A stretch of 64,000 nt of DNA. It comes from Nageia nagi (Eukaryota; Plantae; Pinophyta). Both the position numbers and the translations under genes were made by a program. Shown here piece after piece: positions 12,761 to 25,613 of the stretch. The notes beneath the pieces are model-generated. The model searched no databases. It had not been told where the DNA came from and saw only the letters and a list, made by a program, of their open reading frames with translations. The first letter of the stretch is position 1, and every line of letters begins with the position of its first letter. Where the stretch lies: assembly GCA_050084985.1 (NCBI GenBank), contig JBITNC010000002.1, forward strand, positions 24,304,001 through 24,368,000. Reading direction: 5' to 3'.

Positions 12761-14260
12761 CTAAAATCTGTCCAAAAATTCAAGATATTTACCAATTTGA
12801 AAATAAAAAATAACTTGTTTAATCCAATCACTTTCTTCATTAAGTTGTTGCTCATCCTCTATAATAGCAATCATATGTGAAGCTTTAGCTATATTTTCAC
12901 ATATATCCCTACCTTTGATCAACTTAGTTGGTTTAATTTCTATATCATATTCCATTATTTTAGTAATCCAACTAGCCTTTCCTTCACTTAAGTCTCCTTG
13001 TATAACATAATTTCTTACATTTGGATGGATAGTAAATACAAGGATTCTATTGTGGAAAACATAATGCTTGAATTTATTAAGTCCTTTCATTATGGAAAAC
13101 ACTTAATTTTTAATAAATGAGTACATTTTTTAGTGTTGATGTAGTGTTTGGCTATGAAAGGCAATCGGATGTTCTTCTTTCTTATCATCTTTCTATGCTA
13201 GAATTACAACAATGCTTCTTTCTGCTCCATATGCATACATGATGAAATCTTTTGACATGTCAAGATTTTTAAGTACAGGAGCTTCTGTTATAGTCTTTTT
13301 AATTTTTTTAAAGGTTATTTTTGCTTCATCTAACTAAGAGAATATAACATCTTTCTTTAGCATTGAAGTGATTGGGGATACAATCTTTGAAAAATCATTA
13401 ATGAATTTTCTAACAAAATTGATCTAACCAAAGAATGATTGCAAGGCTTTCTTGTTGGAGGGGAGTGAAAATGCTTTAATAGCTTTCACTCTATCTAGAT
13501 CAATTGCTAATCCCTCCTCTTAGATAACATGGCCAAGTAATTTTCCTTGGTTAACCATAAAAATAGATTTTTTTGAATTAATTGAAATACCAAATTCCAT
13601 GCATTTTTCAAAAACTTGTTTGAGATATTTTAGATGCTCTTTTTAGCTCTTAGAGAATACTATAATATGATCAAGATAGACTAATATAATCTTATTTATT
13701 AGGTCACCAAATTCATGATCCATGGCTCTTTGAAAAGTAGCTCCTGCATTAGAAAGACTAAAAGGCATTCTTTGAAAAGAAAATGTTCCCCATTTAGTTG
13801 TAAATGTAATTTTTTACTAATCTTCATCTTTGACCCAAATTTGGTTAAATCCTAAGTAGCCATCAATCATTGAAAAATAGTAAGCTTTAGCTACTATATG
13901 TAGAATCTATTCCATAGGTGGGAGAGGATAATTATCTTTGAGAGACACTTGATTTAAATTTCTAAAATAAACACAGAGTCTAATTTCTTCACTTTTCTTT
14001 CTAACAGGAACTAGATTTGCAACCCAAGAAGAATGCTTGATAGGATAAATAAATTTTAAATCAAGTAGCTTGATTAATTTTTATTTCATGGGTTCTTCTA
14101 TTTTTGGGTTGACTAGCCTTGGTTTTTGCCTATATGGTTTGGCATCTAATTTAAGCTCAATTATTTGTTGGATGACACTCTTATCATATGTCTTAAGATC
14201 ATCATAAATATAGGTAATTACTTTAGAGAATTCATGATAAATTTGAGACATAACAACTTT
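12761..14260 (-). pseudogene. Ty3/gypsy RT and RNase H remnant
   Basis: Contains KDNYPLPPM, KWGTFSFQRMPFSLSNAGATFQRAMD, YLDH (decayed YLDD) and WITKIMEYDIEIKPTKLIKG. Confidence 0.92.
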
Positions 14261-14639
14261 TTCTTCATCAAAACACTTTGAACCTACCTTTATATATCTA
14301 CCAGGTTCTATTTCTAGCTCAACATAACTCTCTTTTTACATGGCCAAGGATTTAGCTTTCTAGACATCTTTTGAATTAAACAATCTTCCAAAATAGAGTA
14401 ATCCTTTTGGTATAACATTATTTCTAAGTTAGATAACATTTGATTCTTGGAAATAGTTAGGTAATTCTTGAATACCAAAAGTGTGAGCTACTGCTTCATC
14501 CAACAGGAAGTTCATTATATGCTCATTAGAATCGAATACTTGCCAAAAATTTATAACATCAGGTACTAAAGGCCTACATTGAATTTTGACTCTAAGAGTT
14601 CCTCTTTTATAATGAGAAAGGTTATAATGTGCCCCTTAA

Positions 14640-15010
14640 CCAACAAGTGCATCAGCTATTTGGTTGGACCTTCTATAAATAGATATAAAATTGATAACCA
14701 AGAATGCCTCTAATAAATCTCAAAATCTATTCCTGTAGGTATTCAAATAGTGATATTTTGTACTAATCTAGTTTCTAACTTTTTTTATGATCAATTTTGA
14801 ATTACAATATATAATTAAGCATCCGATGCCTATACTAATCATTTTAGATAACACTAAATAAAGGGCTTCACACTTAGTAACATTATTTATACAAATCCAT
14901 GTGAATTTGAAGGAGAATATTTTCATGTGTCCTTCTAGAGATTTGAACATAACTCTAGCTCCACGTCAATACTTACATCTACATCCATCAAAGTACATCA
15001 TTTATATCTC
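14640..15010 (-). pseudogene. Archaeal-type RNase H (aRH) domain between protease and RT
   Basis: Translates MYFDG...GA...CINNVTKCEAL...CNSKLII, matching the aRH pattern FDGA..GAG...CTNNxAEYEAL...GDSxLV. Confidence 0.8.
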
Positions 15011-15249
15011 ATGCTCCTTTTTAGTTGTGACTAATATTGGCTAGGCATCTTCATATAAATAATAATTACCCATGCCAGCATTTGTGACCTAAAATTTAAA
15101 TTATTTACTGAAAGAACTTAAGTTGTTAGGAGTGATTTTCTAAGTGTATCCCTTTCAAATATTTCCATAGGTTAAGGGCCCTTCAAACAATATTGTTCTA
15201 TGATCTTTTTAAGATGAACACTTTTGATGCCCTCATTTAGAATTTTTAC

Positions 15250-15765
15250 TTATTTATTTTGAAAGGGAAGTAAGAGATGACTATAATCTAAAGCTAAGTA
15301 TCCTCCTAATTTAGCAATGAATTCTTTAGATAGATATATTCCAAATAGAGGTGAAAGATCGACCACAATGATATCTTGAATAACACAAATGTCAAGGAAT
15401 GCATTCAAAGTTATTGGAACTCCTTTAACAATAGCAATGACATCTATAGAAGAAGAATCTAATTGTATGACACCATCAATACATATTGTAATGTACAACT
15501 TCATTTCATTTGCAACAATTTTAAAAATTATAGTTATTACAGCTCTAGTATCTATCATAAAATTATTTACTACCCTACCTTCTAATTTTAGGGATAGATA
15601 GAATGGTGGGGGTGTCCTTATACCTATGGGAGCTGAAGGAAAATCATCAGATATTATAAAGATGACATTTCCTTTATTTACCCTTTTCTTACTATTCTTT
15701 AGTTTCAAGGCTTCTTGCAAAAGATTTAATTGACCTGGTATATTTAATGCATCAAACATAGTCAT
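15250..15765 (-). pseudogene. Retrotransposon aspartic protease remnant
   Basis: Translates PPPFYLSLKLEGRVVNNFMIDTRA, a decayed D(T/S)GA motif. Confidence 0.85.
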
Positions 15766-16689
15766 CTTAGAAGGAGTTTACTTTAATTCTTCCATAATAT
15801 TATATAGAGTATATGGGATAAGCTTACTTGATTCCGCTTGTTGATGTGTTCTAAATTGTTGAATGGATTTTTCCTTATGATAATTTGTAATAAAAGGATA
15901 CCTCAATGCATTAGGTATCTCCTTCTTTGGGACTTCTTTTCTAGCTATAGTGGGGTTTGTTTCAACAAGGACATTAGTACCTGAATTTTAAGAAACAATT
16001 CTTAGATGTGTTGAGAATTAATCTTGTTAATTTTATGGTTGAGCTAAGGGAGCCTTAGCTTTCTTCAATTTTGGTTGTACTAAAATATATACTCAATTTT
16101 GCTAAGTAATTTGGCATTGTTGTAGATATGTTGAGAAGGAAGCTTTAGTTTGAACATAATTAGCTTATTCTCCAGCATATCTTGGAAGCCAAAAATTGCC
16201 CATGGTGAGATTAGTAGTAGGATATTATGTAAGTTCCACCATTTGGTCTAAATGTAATCCCAAATATTGATGTTGATAAATAGCACATGAGTTTAGAAAA
16301 TAAGGAGCTAAACATGGGGAACACCATTATGTAATGCTCGAAGCATCACTTTTTGTAGAACTCATCATAACAACATTTTCAATTATTTTTGGGACATTTG
16401 ATTGTTCTATCTAGTTCATGTTGGGCTAGAACCTGGGTTGATACTGGTTATCATATCTTCTATAATTGAAACCTTGATTCTACCTTTCTTGCAAAGTGAG
16501 CTTATTGGTAAGGTTCCTGATAGTTACCTCCAATTGCCTTATTCTTTCCTCCTCTTGAGACTTAGGATTAATAATAGTACTAGTGGATGTAAGAGCAGGT
16601 AATGGTAGTATTTGATTCTAGATAATAGGTTCAAGAGGAGGTGGTAAGGCTAAAACTCTAAGATGAGAAACTTATAAGATTTGTTTAGG

Positions 16690-17323
16690 AGGTAAATTAG
16701 GAAATTATGACATAATGGTTCTAAGTTGCATCTTTCCAAAGGATACCAAGGTATGTTAAAAAAAATTTGTTATTTGGTAAACATCTAGGAAGGTATCTCC
16801 TCACATAATAAAGAGCATATTAAGGTCTGGGAGAAAGGCCTTCCTATAATATACCAAAGCTTATGCATTTGTTGGTCTAATTCTTACTAGAATATATTTC
16901 CATGTTCTCTTAAATTTGATATTGAAATCATCAATGGACTTATGAAGATGTCTTTTAATACATGCTATAAGGTTAAGGAATGTATTATCATCACCATTTG
17001 CATTAAATATTTTAATTAAATCTTGACATAACTCTCCCCATGAATTTATAGATTGAGGGTGAGAGTTCTAAACCATTTAGCTGCTTTGCCTTCTAAAGAA
17101 TGTATAACCTAGTCCTCATTATTTCATTAGTGATATCAAAGCTTGAAGCCAACAATGATACATCTTGATAATGTTCATTTGGTGTTTTACCAAACCCATC
17201 ATACTTAGGAAAAAATTTGAATGCTACTTGAGGTATAGCAGGGGAGTTGACAGCAACAACCAAAGGATGATCATTATTCCAAGAAGGAAAATTACCTGAT
17301 TGAGCCATGCTTGAAGTATTCAT
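16690..17323 (-). pseudogene. gag remnant
   Basis: ATG lies downstream of the PBS/UTR. Contains FFPKYDG...PNEH, a typical retrotransposon gag start. Confidence 0.75.
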
Positions 17324-17661
17324 ATCAATTGAAGGATCTTCTAGGGTTGAATCAAATACATTTGATAGTGGGATTTCCCTTAAAGGAAATATAAGGGATA
17401 TAACCCAAGAAATATTTCACCTAGTCCTTCTATGAGGAACTGATAGCTCTTAAACCCTAGGCTATCTAAGGGATTTATTGGCACTACTTCTAGTAAGTCT
17501 ACATTCTAGAGGTTCCAGGGTTTGAAATACTAAGTGGTTGATAGTAGAGTCACCAATAAGGTCAAAAAAAACCTTATAATCTTTAAAGAATCTAATTGAT
17601 AGCACACCAGACACAGCTATCTAGTTTATTTATGCCTACTAAATATGGAATTTTAGTTCGG

Positions 17662-17679
17662 GTCCCACTAAGCATGCCA
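17662..17679 (-). promoter_or_regulatory. Primer binding site (tRNA-Arg type)
   Basis: Minus strand reads TGGCATGCTTAGTGGGAC next to the LTR end. Confidence 0.82.
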
Positions 17680-17680
17680 A

Positions 17681-19780
17681 AAAAGGAAGTTCCTATTATT
17701 GATTAGTATAATGTAATCTCAAAGGGTTTGATCTGGTCAAGTTCTCCATTTCCTATAATAGTAGGTTCCTTGAAAGAGCAAAAGGTGGTGGGAATGTGCT
17801 CATGTTGATTTTCTTCTCAATCTTCAAGTAATAGGTCAGTTCCTATCTATTATAAAGGTTTAAAGTAATAAGAAAAAGATAAAAAGTAGAGAGTTATTAG
17901 AAATATATGAATACATTAAACTAAAACTTAAACAAAAACTACATAGCCCAAGCATTGCAACATAGGTAGCAATACATAGACAAGATTAAGAATAGTGAGT
18001 TATCTTACCCTTAGGTTCTCACAATCATAATACATAGCCATAACTTAAGAAAGAATTCTATACATAATATTCATAGAAGCAATAAACAACCACTTGTTTC
18101 AAAAGGGAAAAGCATTATCTATTTCCATTATCATGTATGAAAGCACCTTACAGACTTGGGCAAATTTGTGAGAATGTTTGACCTCATTGATTTCTAGTAG
18201 TCCACTATTTATACATTTACATGCCCTATTGGGTTATTTTCTACCATTAATATACATAATTACTCATCTTAGTTGAAGCTAGTGAAGAAAAGTATCTATA
18301 ATAAATATTACAACTATGTTAGATTACACAGTGAATAAGTACCTATAGCATGAGTATATGGGAATTTATAATTTCTAAATAGTTGTATCCATTGAGCTAT
18401 AATCTTCTTGACATGTCATTGACTTCTCCTTTTTTGGTCCTATAGTTGATTGAAGATGGTACTATAGCTGATTGAAGAAGTACTCATCTATAATTTGATA
18501 GGTATGATCTAGTACTATGCTCTATCAGTAGTCATCTACTCTGTAACCATTAATGATCCATACTATAGTTTTGATTGAATAGATTAATGGAGGTGATGAA
18601 TAATATATCAAGTTAGTTCGAGAAGAAAATGCCATGATTATATGGAATTGAGTTGAAATTGACACATTAATAGGGCCTCGGGGGTCTAACACTTAAGATC
18701 AAGTGGACCCAAGTGTTATTTCTTACCCATTACTCTCACCTTAGTCCAATAGTTTTTATTTTTGGTAGTACTTACTGATTTTGGCCAAAAATTTTGATAT
18801 CATCATTTGGTATCTCCATGAATCATCACTCACCATTACTTATTATAAGACCCACTAATTTTAGCCAAAAATGATGATGCCACTATTGAAAATTGGTGGG
18901 CTCTATTTGGTATCTTCATGAATCATCACCTGCCATTACTTATTCTGGGACCCATTGATTTTAGCCAAAAATGATGATGTCATTATTGAAAATTGGTGGG
19001 CTCTATTTGGTATCTTCATGAATCATCACTCGCATTTACTTATTTTGGGACCCATTGATTTTAGTCAAAAATGATGATGTCACTATTGAAAATTGATAAG
19101 CTCTATTTGGTTTCTTCATGAATCATCACCCACCATTACTTATTCTAATACCTACTGATTTTAGCCAAAAATGATGATATCATTGTTGAAAATTGACATG
19201 CTTTATTTACTTCTAGGCATCTCCCATTGATTATTTGGACATAACTTGGGCCCAGTTTTATAACAACTCCCAAACATTATATTTACAACAACTCCTGAAC
19301 ATTGTATTTACCACAACTCTTGGACATTGTATTTACCACAACTCCCAGACACTATATATATAACAACTTCCAAACATTGTCTTTACAATAACTCTTGGAC
19401 ACTGTATTTAGACTTTTCACTTCCCATAAAATACTACCTATGATACATTTTCCCTCGAACATGACTCTTCTATACATACAATTCTTATCCCTTTTTATTG
19501 CTAACATGACTTAGGGTTTATCTCTAAAAGTTATTGTAACACCTGCTAGATTTTGACTAGAAATTTTTAAGTCAAAATATCAAATACCAAGACTTGTCTA
19601 TTCAATATTCGAATGTTGACAACACTCAAATTTCTTCAAACTTAAGATTAATAGAAGACTTAAATTATATGTGAAAGGGAAGGAAGTTGGAATAGAAAGA
19701 ATTTTCTAAAAAAAAATGAAAGAATAAAATAATGATAATGTGTTACCCCAACTTAGAGTGCAATTTTGAAAGAATACAAA
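17681..19780 (-). repeat. 5' LTR of the Tat element, missing its first ~380 bp
   Basis: Homologous to 4286-~6318. Similarity stops abruptly at 19780, where the copia sequence resumes. Confidence 0.8.
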
Positions 19781-22651
19781 AACCTTTAAGTATTTCAAGG
19801 AGTACTTCCAATATTATATGGATAATTCTATCAGTCATTATATCCATGTACTTCACTCATATAAAGGGGGATAATATATATACAATGAATTTTTTGTATT
19901 ATTGAAATAGAATGGTTTTATATGATAGTTGATCACACCAATAGAAAAATGGAGTTGTTGAATAATTAAATAAAACCACTATGGAGATGATGAAAATTAT
20001 ACTAAAAGATGCATAATTTTAGGCTAAAACTATAAGAATTGTATTATATAAATATTGAATAGAGAACCTACAAATTATCTTGAGGGGATGAATCCTTATG
20101 AAGCATGGTTAGGAGTATTTGGTTGCACTACTTACATGTACATTTCCAAAGAGCAAATTAATAAGCTAGATGATAGTTCTTAAGGTGTATTATTCTTGGG
20201 TATAATAATAGATTTAAAGGTTATATACTAATGGTTTCTAATAATTAAAATATATGTGTAATAAAAGAATTTATTTTTTATGATATTGGCAATCCTTCAA
20301 GCAGTACACTTGTAGCATCACCTATTCCTGATAATGGTCCTATCATCACACTTGATGATGAGGATAGTGAGAGAGAAGTAGCTCCAATTATAAGCTTATT
20401 GAATGATAACTCTAGATGAACTAAATGATACAATAAAATATTTTAGGATTCACATCTAAGTGTTGTAAGTTTGAAACTTCTATATCTATGAACCAAGGAT
20501 ATAAAATATAGATCATGAAAGAACATACAACATGGCTTGTGAGGAAGTGAATTTAGCATTGATAAGTATATGTTGGAATGTATAATACATTATTGTAAAG
20601 GTTTGGTAATAATCCTCTTTGTATATTCACTAATACTTAATGGTATCACTAGATACTTTAAGTATTTAAGTGAATATGATAATGTAACTTGTCCTACACT
20701 CCATGTCATGAGCATGTGCCTTTAGTAAAAGGGAGTTGCATGTCATGCCTTTGTACATTGGTTAAAAGGGTTATCCAAAGAGATATTTTGGCCTATAAAT
20801 AGAATGCTCCCTCTTTGTGATCACTCACCAATTTGTGGAGTAAAGTTATGCTATAGGATAGTGATTAGGAGATGAGATTAGGAGATTTGTAAGAGGTTCA
20901 TATTTGTAAATGAAGTAAGATCTAGTTATTGGATGTACTTCTAGTTGGAGGAACTACTTAATCTCTTGAGTCACTTTGTGAGATTTTCTTCATTGAGTTA
21001 TTTAGATGTGAGTTTTATGCCTTCATGAGATCTTGGTAGTTTAGGGGTATATTGTTATAGTTCACTTCCTTCAGAATAGTAGTAAATACTCTTAGACTTG
21101 AAATGCTTCATGAGGCACTTGAGATACCACATTAGAAATCAGCCATGAATGTTGAGTATGATACATTGATGGGACATTGATGAAGAATTACATATATGAG
21201 TTGGCAAATCTTTCACCTAGTAATAAGGTCATTGGATGCAAATGGATATAAAAAATAAAGCACAAAGCTTATGGACATTTTGATAAGCATAAGGCTTTAC
21301 TAGTTGCCAAAGAATATATGTAAAAGGAAGGCATATATTATAATAAGAAATTTTCCTCCATATCCAAGATTAAGGCCATGAAAATTTCTTTTATAATGGA
21401 TATATAATTTGGCTAGAAAGTACATTATATGGATGTGAAGAGTGCCTTCTTAAATAAGAACTTAGAGGAGGAAGTCTATGTGCAATAGCCTAAGTAATTT
21501 ATTATTGATCTAGATAAAGAAAAGTATGTAGATTTATAGAGTATTTGTATAGATTATAGTAGGCTCCATGATCCTACTACATGAAAATTGATGAACAATT
21601 ACTATAACATGGCTTTGTTAGAAGTCATTATGATTCAACTCTCTACCTTCAACAACAAGGGGAGGGAGATAAATAGTGTTGTCATCTATGTCAATTATTT
21701 GGTCATCACAAGGATTATGAAGGAGTTTATCCCATTTTGTAAGTATGATTTCAATAAATCATTCAATATGGATGACCCTGGTTTACTTGGTTATTACCTT
21801 GGATTGGAGGTCTAACATATGAATGATTGAATATTTATTTCATAGATGAAGTATACCAATATTTTATTGGATAAGTTAGGATGATATATTAACAACTTAT
21901 GTCTATGTCTATTGAACTTGGTTTCCATTTATCATACCATAATAGCTCTCCATCAATAAATAAAACTTTCTGCCATCAGTTGATTAGAGGGTTAATTTAC
22001 CTTGTATATACTAGGCCAAATATTTTCTATGTTGTTAGCTACCTTTCTAGCTTTATGCATGAACCTAAAAAATCTTATTGGACAATAACTAAGCATATGT
22101 TGAGAAACATCCAAAGTAATAATAATTATGGCTTGAAGTATAATAAGAATGATGCATTCTACTTGATTGGATATATGGATGAATATTATGGAGGATCCAT
22201 TGATAATATGAGATCAAGAAATAGGATATATGTTCTTTCTTAAATCTAAATTCATTTCTTGGGGTAGAAAGAAATAAATTGTTACATATAAATCTACTAT
22301 AGAGTTAGAGTACCATGTTGCTAAAGATATTTTTTGTGAAGTAATATGGTTACACAATATTTTGATATATGTTGGGATACGATAAAGTCATCAAACCATT
22401 TTACATTGCAATAATCAGGGTTTAATGAAACTAGTTTATAATAATATTTTTCATGAGTGAACCAAATACATTGAGATACAAGTACACTTCATTAGGGATC
22501 ATATTTCACTATACAACATTTAGATCTGCTACATTTCCATAAAAAGAGCAATTTGTAGATGATTTTACCAAGTATCTTGATTATATAAAGTTTGAATACT
22601 CTTACATCTTCCTCTATTACTTTTCCAATACCTAATATATTATGGGGGAAA
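19781..22651 (+). mobile_element. Ty1/copia integrase core, RT, RNase H and PPT (right part of the split element), degenerate
   Basis: Contains TFKYFKEY, NGVVE, PYEAW, MDVKSAFLN (~21429), YTRPNI and KYIE. PPT GGGGGAAA at 22644-22651 is followed by TG at 22652. Confidence 0.9.
20571..21073 (+). mobile_element. Solo LTR (503 bp) inserted in the copia pol
   Basis: Runs TGTTGG...CCTTCA with flanks GTATA/GAATA (5-bp TSD, 1 mismatch). CCTATAAATAG lies at ~20792. Removal restores the copia frame (ALISIVVNTL...EAL). Confidence 0.8.
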
Positions 22652-23244
22652 TGCTAGAATAATTATACATTAGGTATCTATAATAAATTAGAAATTAGTA
22701 TTATTATGAATGTTGAATAATAATAATATTATGATTTTGAGGTAGTTCATTTATTCTCTTAATGTATGAGAATGTAACTCATAACACTCTATGCATTTAA
22801 ATTATTTCTTACTAATGCAAAGATTTATATAAACTTTTCTTAATGTCTATTATTAGAAGCTCCAATAAACTCATTATTATTCATTATATTATCTAATACT
22901 TTTATCTTAATTTTTAATTTTTATATTGACTAATATTTTTGTGTATCCAATTTATGAAATAACTCTATCCAAGCCTCTTGTTCTTCAATATCAACTAATT
23001 CATACTTATGATAATCATCAACATTGCTACTAGTCTCTTTATTACTTTTGTTCTCTTCTACTTTTTATTTTTTATTTTCATATTCATAACTAAATGAACC
23101 TAAGAATAGTTACTTAATTGAACACTTAAAATATGATTTTATTCTTCATTTGGTGCATTGATGTATGGATTTGTGTTATTACATGGGATCAATTTTGATG
23201 TCAAAGGTATAACATGTTTATCATTGGTTCAATGCCAAAAGTTG

Positions 23245-23870
23245 GGTCCACTTTATGTCCAAAGAGTGGAAATATTTTCCTTGATTTTCAAGTTTCAGCA
23301 TAATTGATCTCAAATTTTGAAGCACTTAGACATGGAATTATAAAAAAAGTCACTACGGTGAAATGTAGTTTTCAAATATGTAATTTATTCCAATACTTAG
23401 ATGATAAAAATAAAATTTTTATAGGTATGAATAAAAACCACTTTTAAAAATATACTATTTTAGGATCATACCATGCACGTGTCCAAAAAGCATACTTTGA
23501 TCTAAATCAAAGTATTTTTTAAAATTCTTTTGGGAATAGATACCTAAGACATTGAAGCATATCCTTGATATTTTAATTTTTTCATGAATTTATTTTATAT
23601 ATATATATAATTCCCAAAAAAACTTTATTAGGAAAACAAGATACCCTCATATCTCAAGTATATGGACCAATTTCATTGAAAATTAATTGAAAAATATAAA
23701 CTCTAATTCATTTGTAAACAAATTTCTTATTTGAAATTTGCACTCTTTTATCTTAAATGGGTTTTACTTTCATGAAAAAATTATGTCAAAAACTCCATCA
23801 AATGTATGCTTGAAGTTGATATTTTCCATTGGAATTGCCATGAACACATACTTATAGGTCCAAGGCTAAG
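23245..23870 (+). repeat. AT-rich dispersed repeat (DNA-transposon/foldback-like), inverted copy at 37030-37800
   Basis: GGGTCCACTTTATGTCCAAAGAGTGGA...GATCTCAAATTTTGAAGCACTTAG matches the reverse complement of 37710-37800. Similarity continues patchily to CCAAGGCTAAG. Confidence 0.75.
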
Positions 23871-25373
23871 GGTTTGGATCACTAAGCCTTTTCCAAGCCT
23901 AAAAATGAGCCTAAAATGGAGGGAAATGAATTTAAACATATCAGGATCTCAATATATATATTCAATAATTGAGATCTCGATATATATCGAGATCCCATTT
24001 TTTTTAGTACCAGGATCCCAAGGTAAAATCATGATCTTGATTCTCATTCGGATCCTAAACCTAAATTAGGATGACGATATGAACTATATTAAAATTAGGA
24101 TCTCAATTTTGCTAACATGGAGTTTAAGTCTTAATACTTCCACTAAAGTAGGCTCAACTTTGTGTACACATCCCATTATTTTCCATAGCATTTAGATCCT
24201 GAATTTCTACCCTTAGATATGCACCGATGCATGGTTGTACATCATCACATGGGATCTCTACTTTCTTCATGAAATTAGCATGCTTAATCATATCATCTCT
24301 ATTAATTATTTCATCTTTTCTATCCATTTAAAAAAAATTAACTTTATATTTACTTGTGTTAGATCATATTATTCAAATATAATATATAATGCAATACATG
24401 GTACACAAAAAAATTATAATTGTAGCACATGATATACAACATAACATAAAAATATTAGCACATAATGTAGAACATTATAGAATGATTATAAGATATGATA
24501 TAAATATAACATGGCAAACATAACACATCTTATTCTTTTATAACTTGTTAAAGTAATCCTTTCTATCCATGATTTAAAAAAAAATCAAAGAACGCTAAGT
24601 TCAAATTAACATAAAATTCACCAAAGTATGCATTTTTCAACCTTGTAAAATCATAATATTTCCCAATTATAAGTATCTATGGCTTGGGCATAATTTTTTT
24701 TATACAAGATCTTACCAAATTCAATAAAATGATGTTCAAAATATAGGGCTTTCTTCAAAAATACTTTTCCACCAAAAATAAAATTACTTTATTTCCAATA
24801 ATTTCAAAGCAATAAATTTTTCCAATTTTACATAAAATTAATGTACCCAAAAAGTCAAAAAAAAAGAGTTTTCAATGAAAAATCCATACAAAATGCAATG
24901 CTCAACAAACTTATGGTTTGTAAAAATAAGAGGAGTTCAACAATTTTTTGATGCTAAAAATTGATTTAATTATATTTAAAACTAATTTATTTAATATAAA
25001 TTTTAATAAATAATAAAGCTAATTAAAACACTAAAAGAGATGATTGCAATACAATATGTTTAGCTCTTAACCTAATCAAATCTAAACACCAAATAACTAC
25101 AAACCTATTGTTTGCCTATACCATGTTGATTATAGATAAAATATGGCCTCGACAAGACCTAGATGATTCACTCACCAAATTCAAACATCCTTTCCTACCA
25201 AAGCTCAATGCATCAGTGTATTATAAAGCATTAATATATAGTTATGTACCGACATATGACTATACACCCTTAGATCCTTTGAATTCATATTTTTCATCAA
25301 TGTTTCCTATCAAGGTTATAAGATCCAACTACAATATTGTAAATAAGCAATGCAATAATCAATTAAGGCACAA

Positions 25374-25613
25374 TTTTTTTTTTATAAACCACATATGAGA
25401 GAGAAATTCTTTTCCCTTAATATTAGGGAATTGTTTATCTTAGGCTTCGAGACAATGACTGAGGGGCATTCATGCTGTTAAAATCCACAAAGGGTACTAT
25501 CCCCACCTCATTCACACCTACCATCATTCAATAGGATTTTAGATATTTCCACTCACTTAAGGTGGGATTGGAACCTAGGTCTCTTCCACTCAAGGGAAGA
25601 GTTTTCACTTACC
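25374..25613 (-). mobile_element. tRNA-derived SINE (240 bp)
   Basis: Has a perfect 11-bp TSD TTAAGGCACAA (25363-25373, 25614-25624) and a poly(A) tail (T10 on plus). B-box is GGTTCCAATCCC, and there is an anticodon-like hairpin CTCTTCC-CTTGAGT-GGAAGAG. Confidence 0.85.

Larger units (their letters stand above)
3866..19780 (-). mobile_element. Tat-lineage (TatII-like) Ty3/gypsy segment: partial LTR, PBS, gag, PR, aRH, RT, RH, INT, extra ORF, PPT, LTR, PBS, start of gag
   Basis: A ~2.45 kb direct repeat at 3866-~6318 matches 17261-~19780. Minus-strand domain remnants occur in the stated order. Confidence 0.88.

Noticed and set aside
25560-25613. Functional tRNA gene
   Set aside because: It has no acceptor stem or intact D arm, and the TSD and poly(A) tail identify it as a SINE head.
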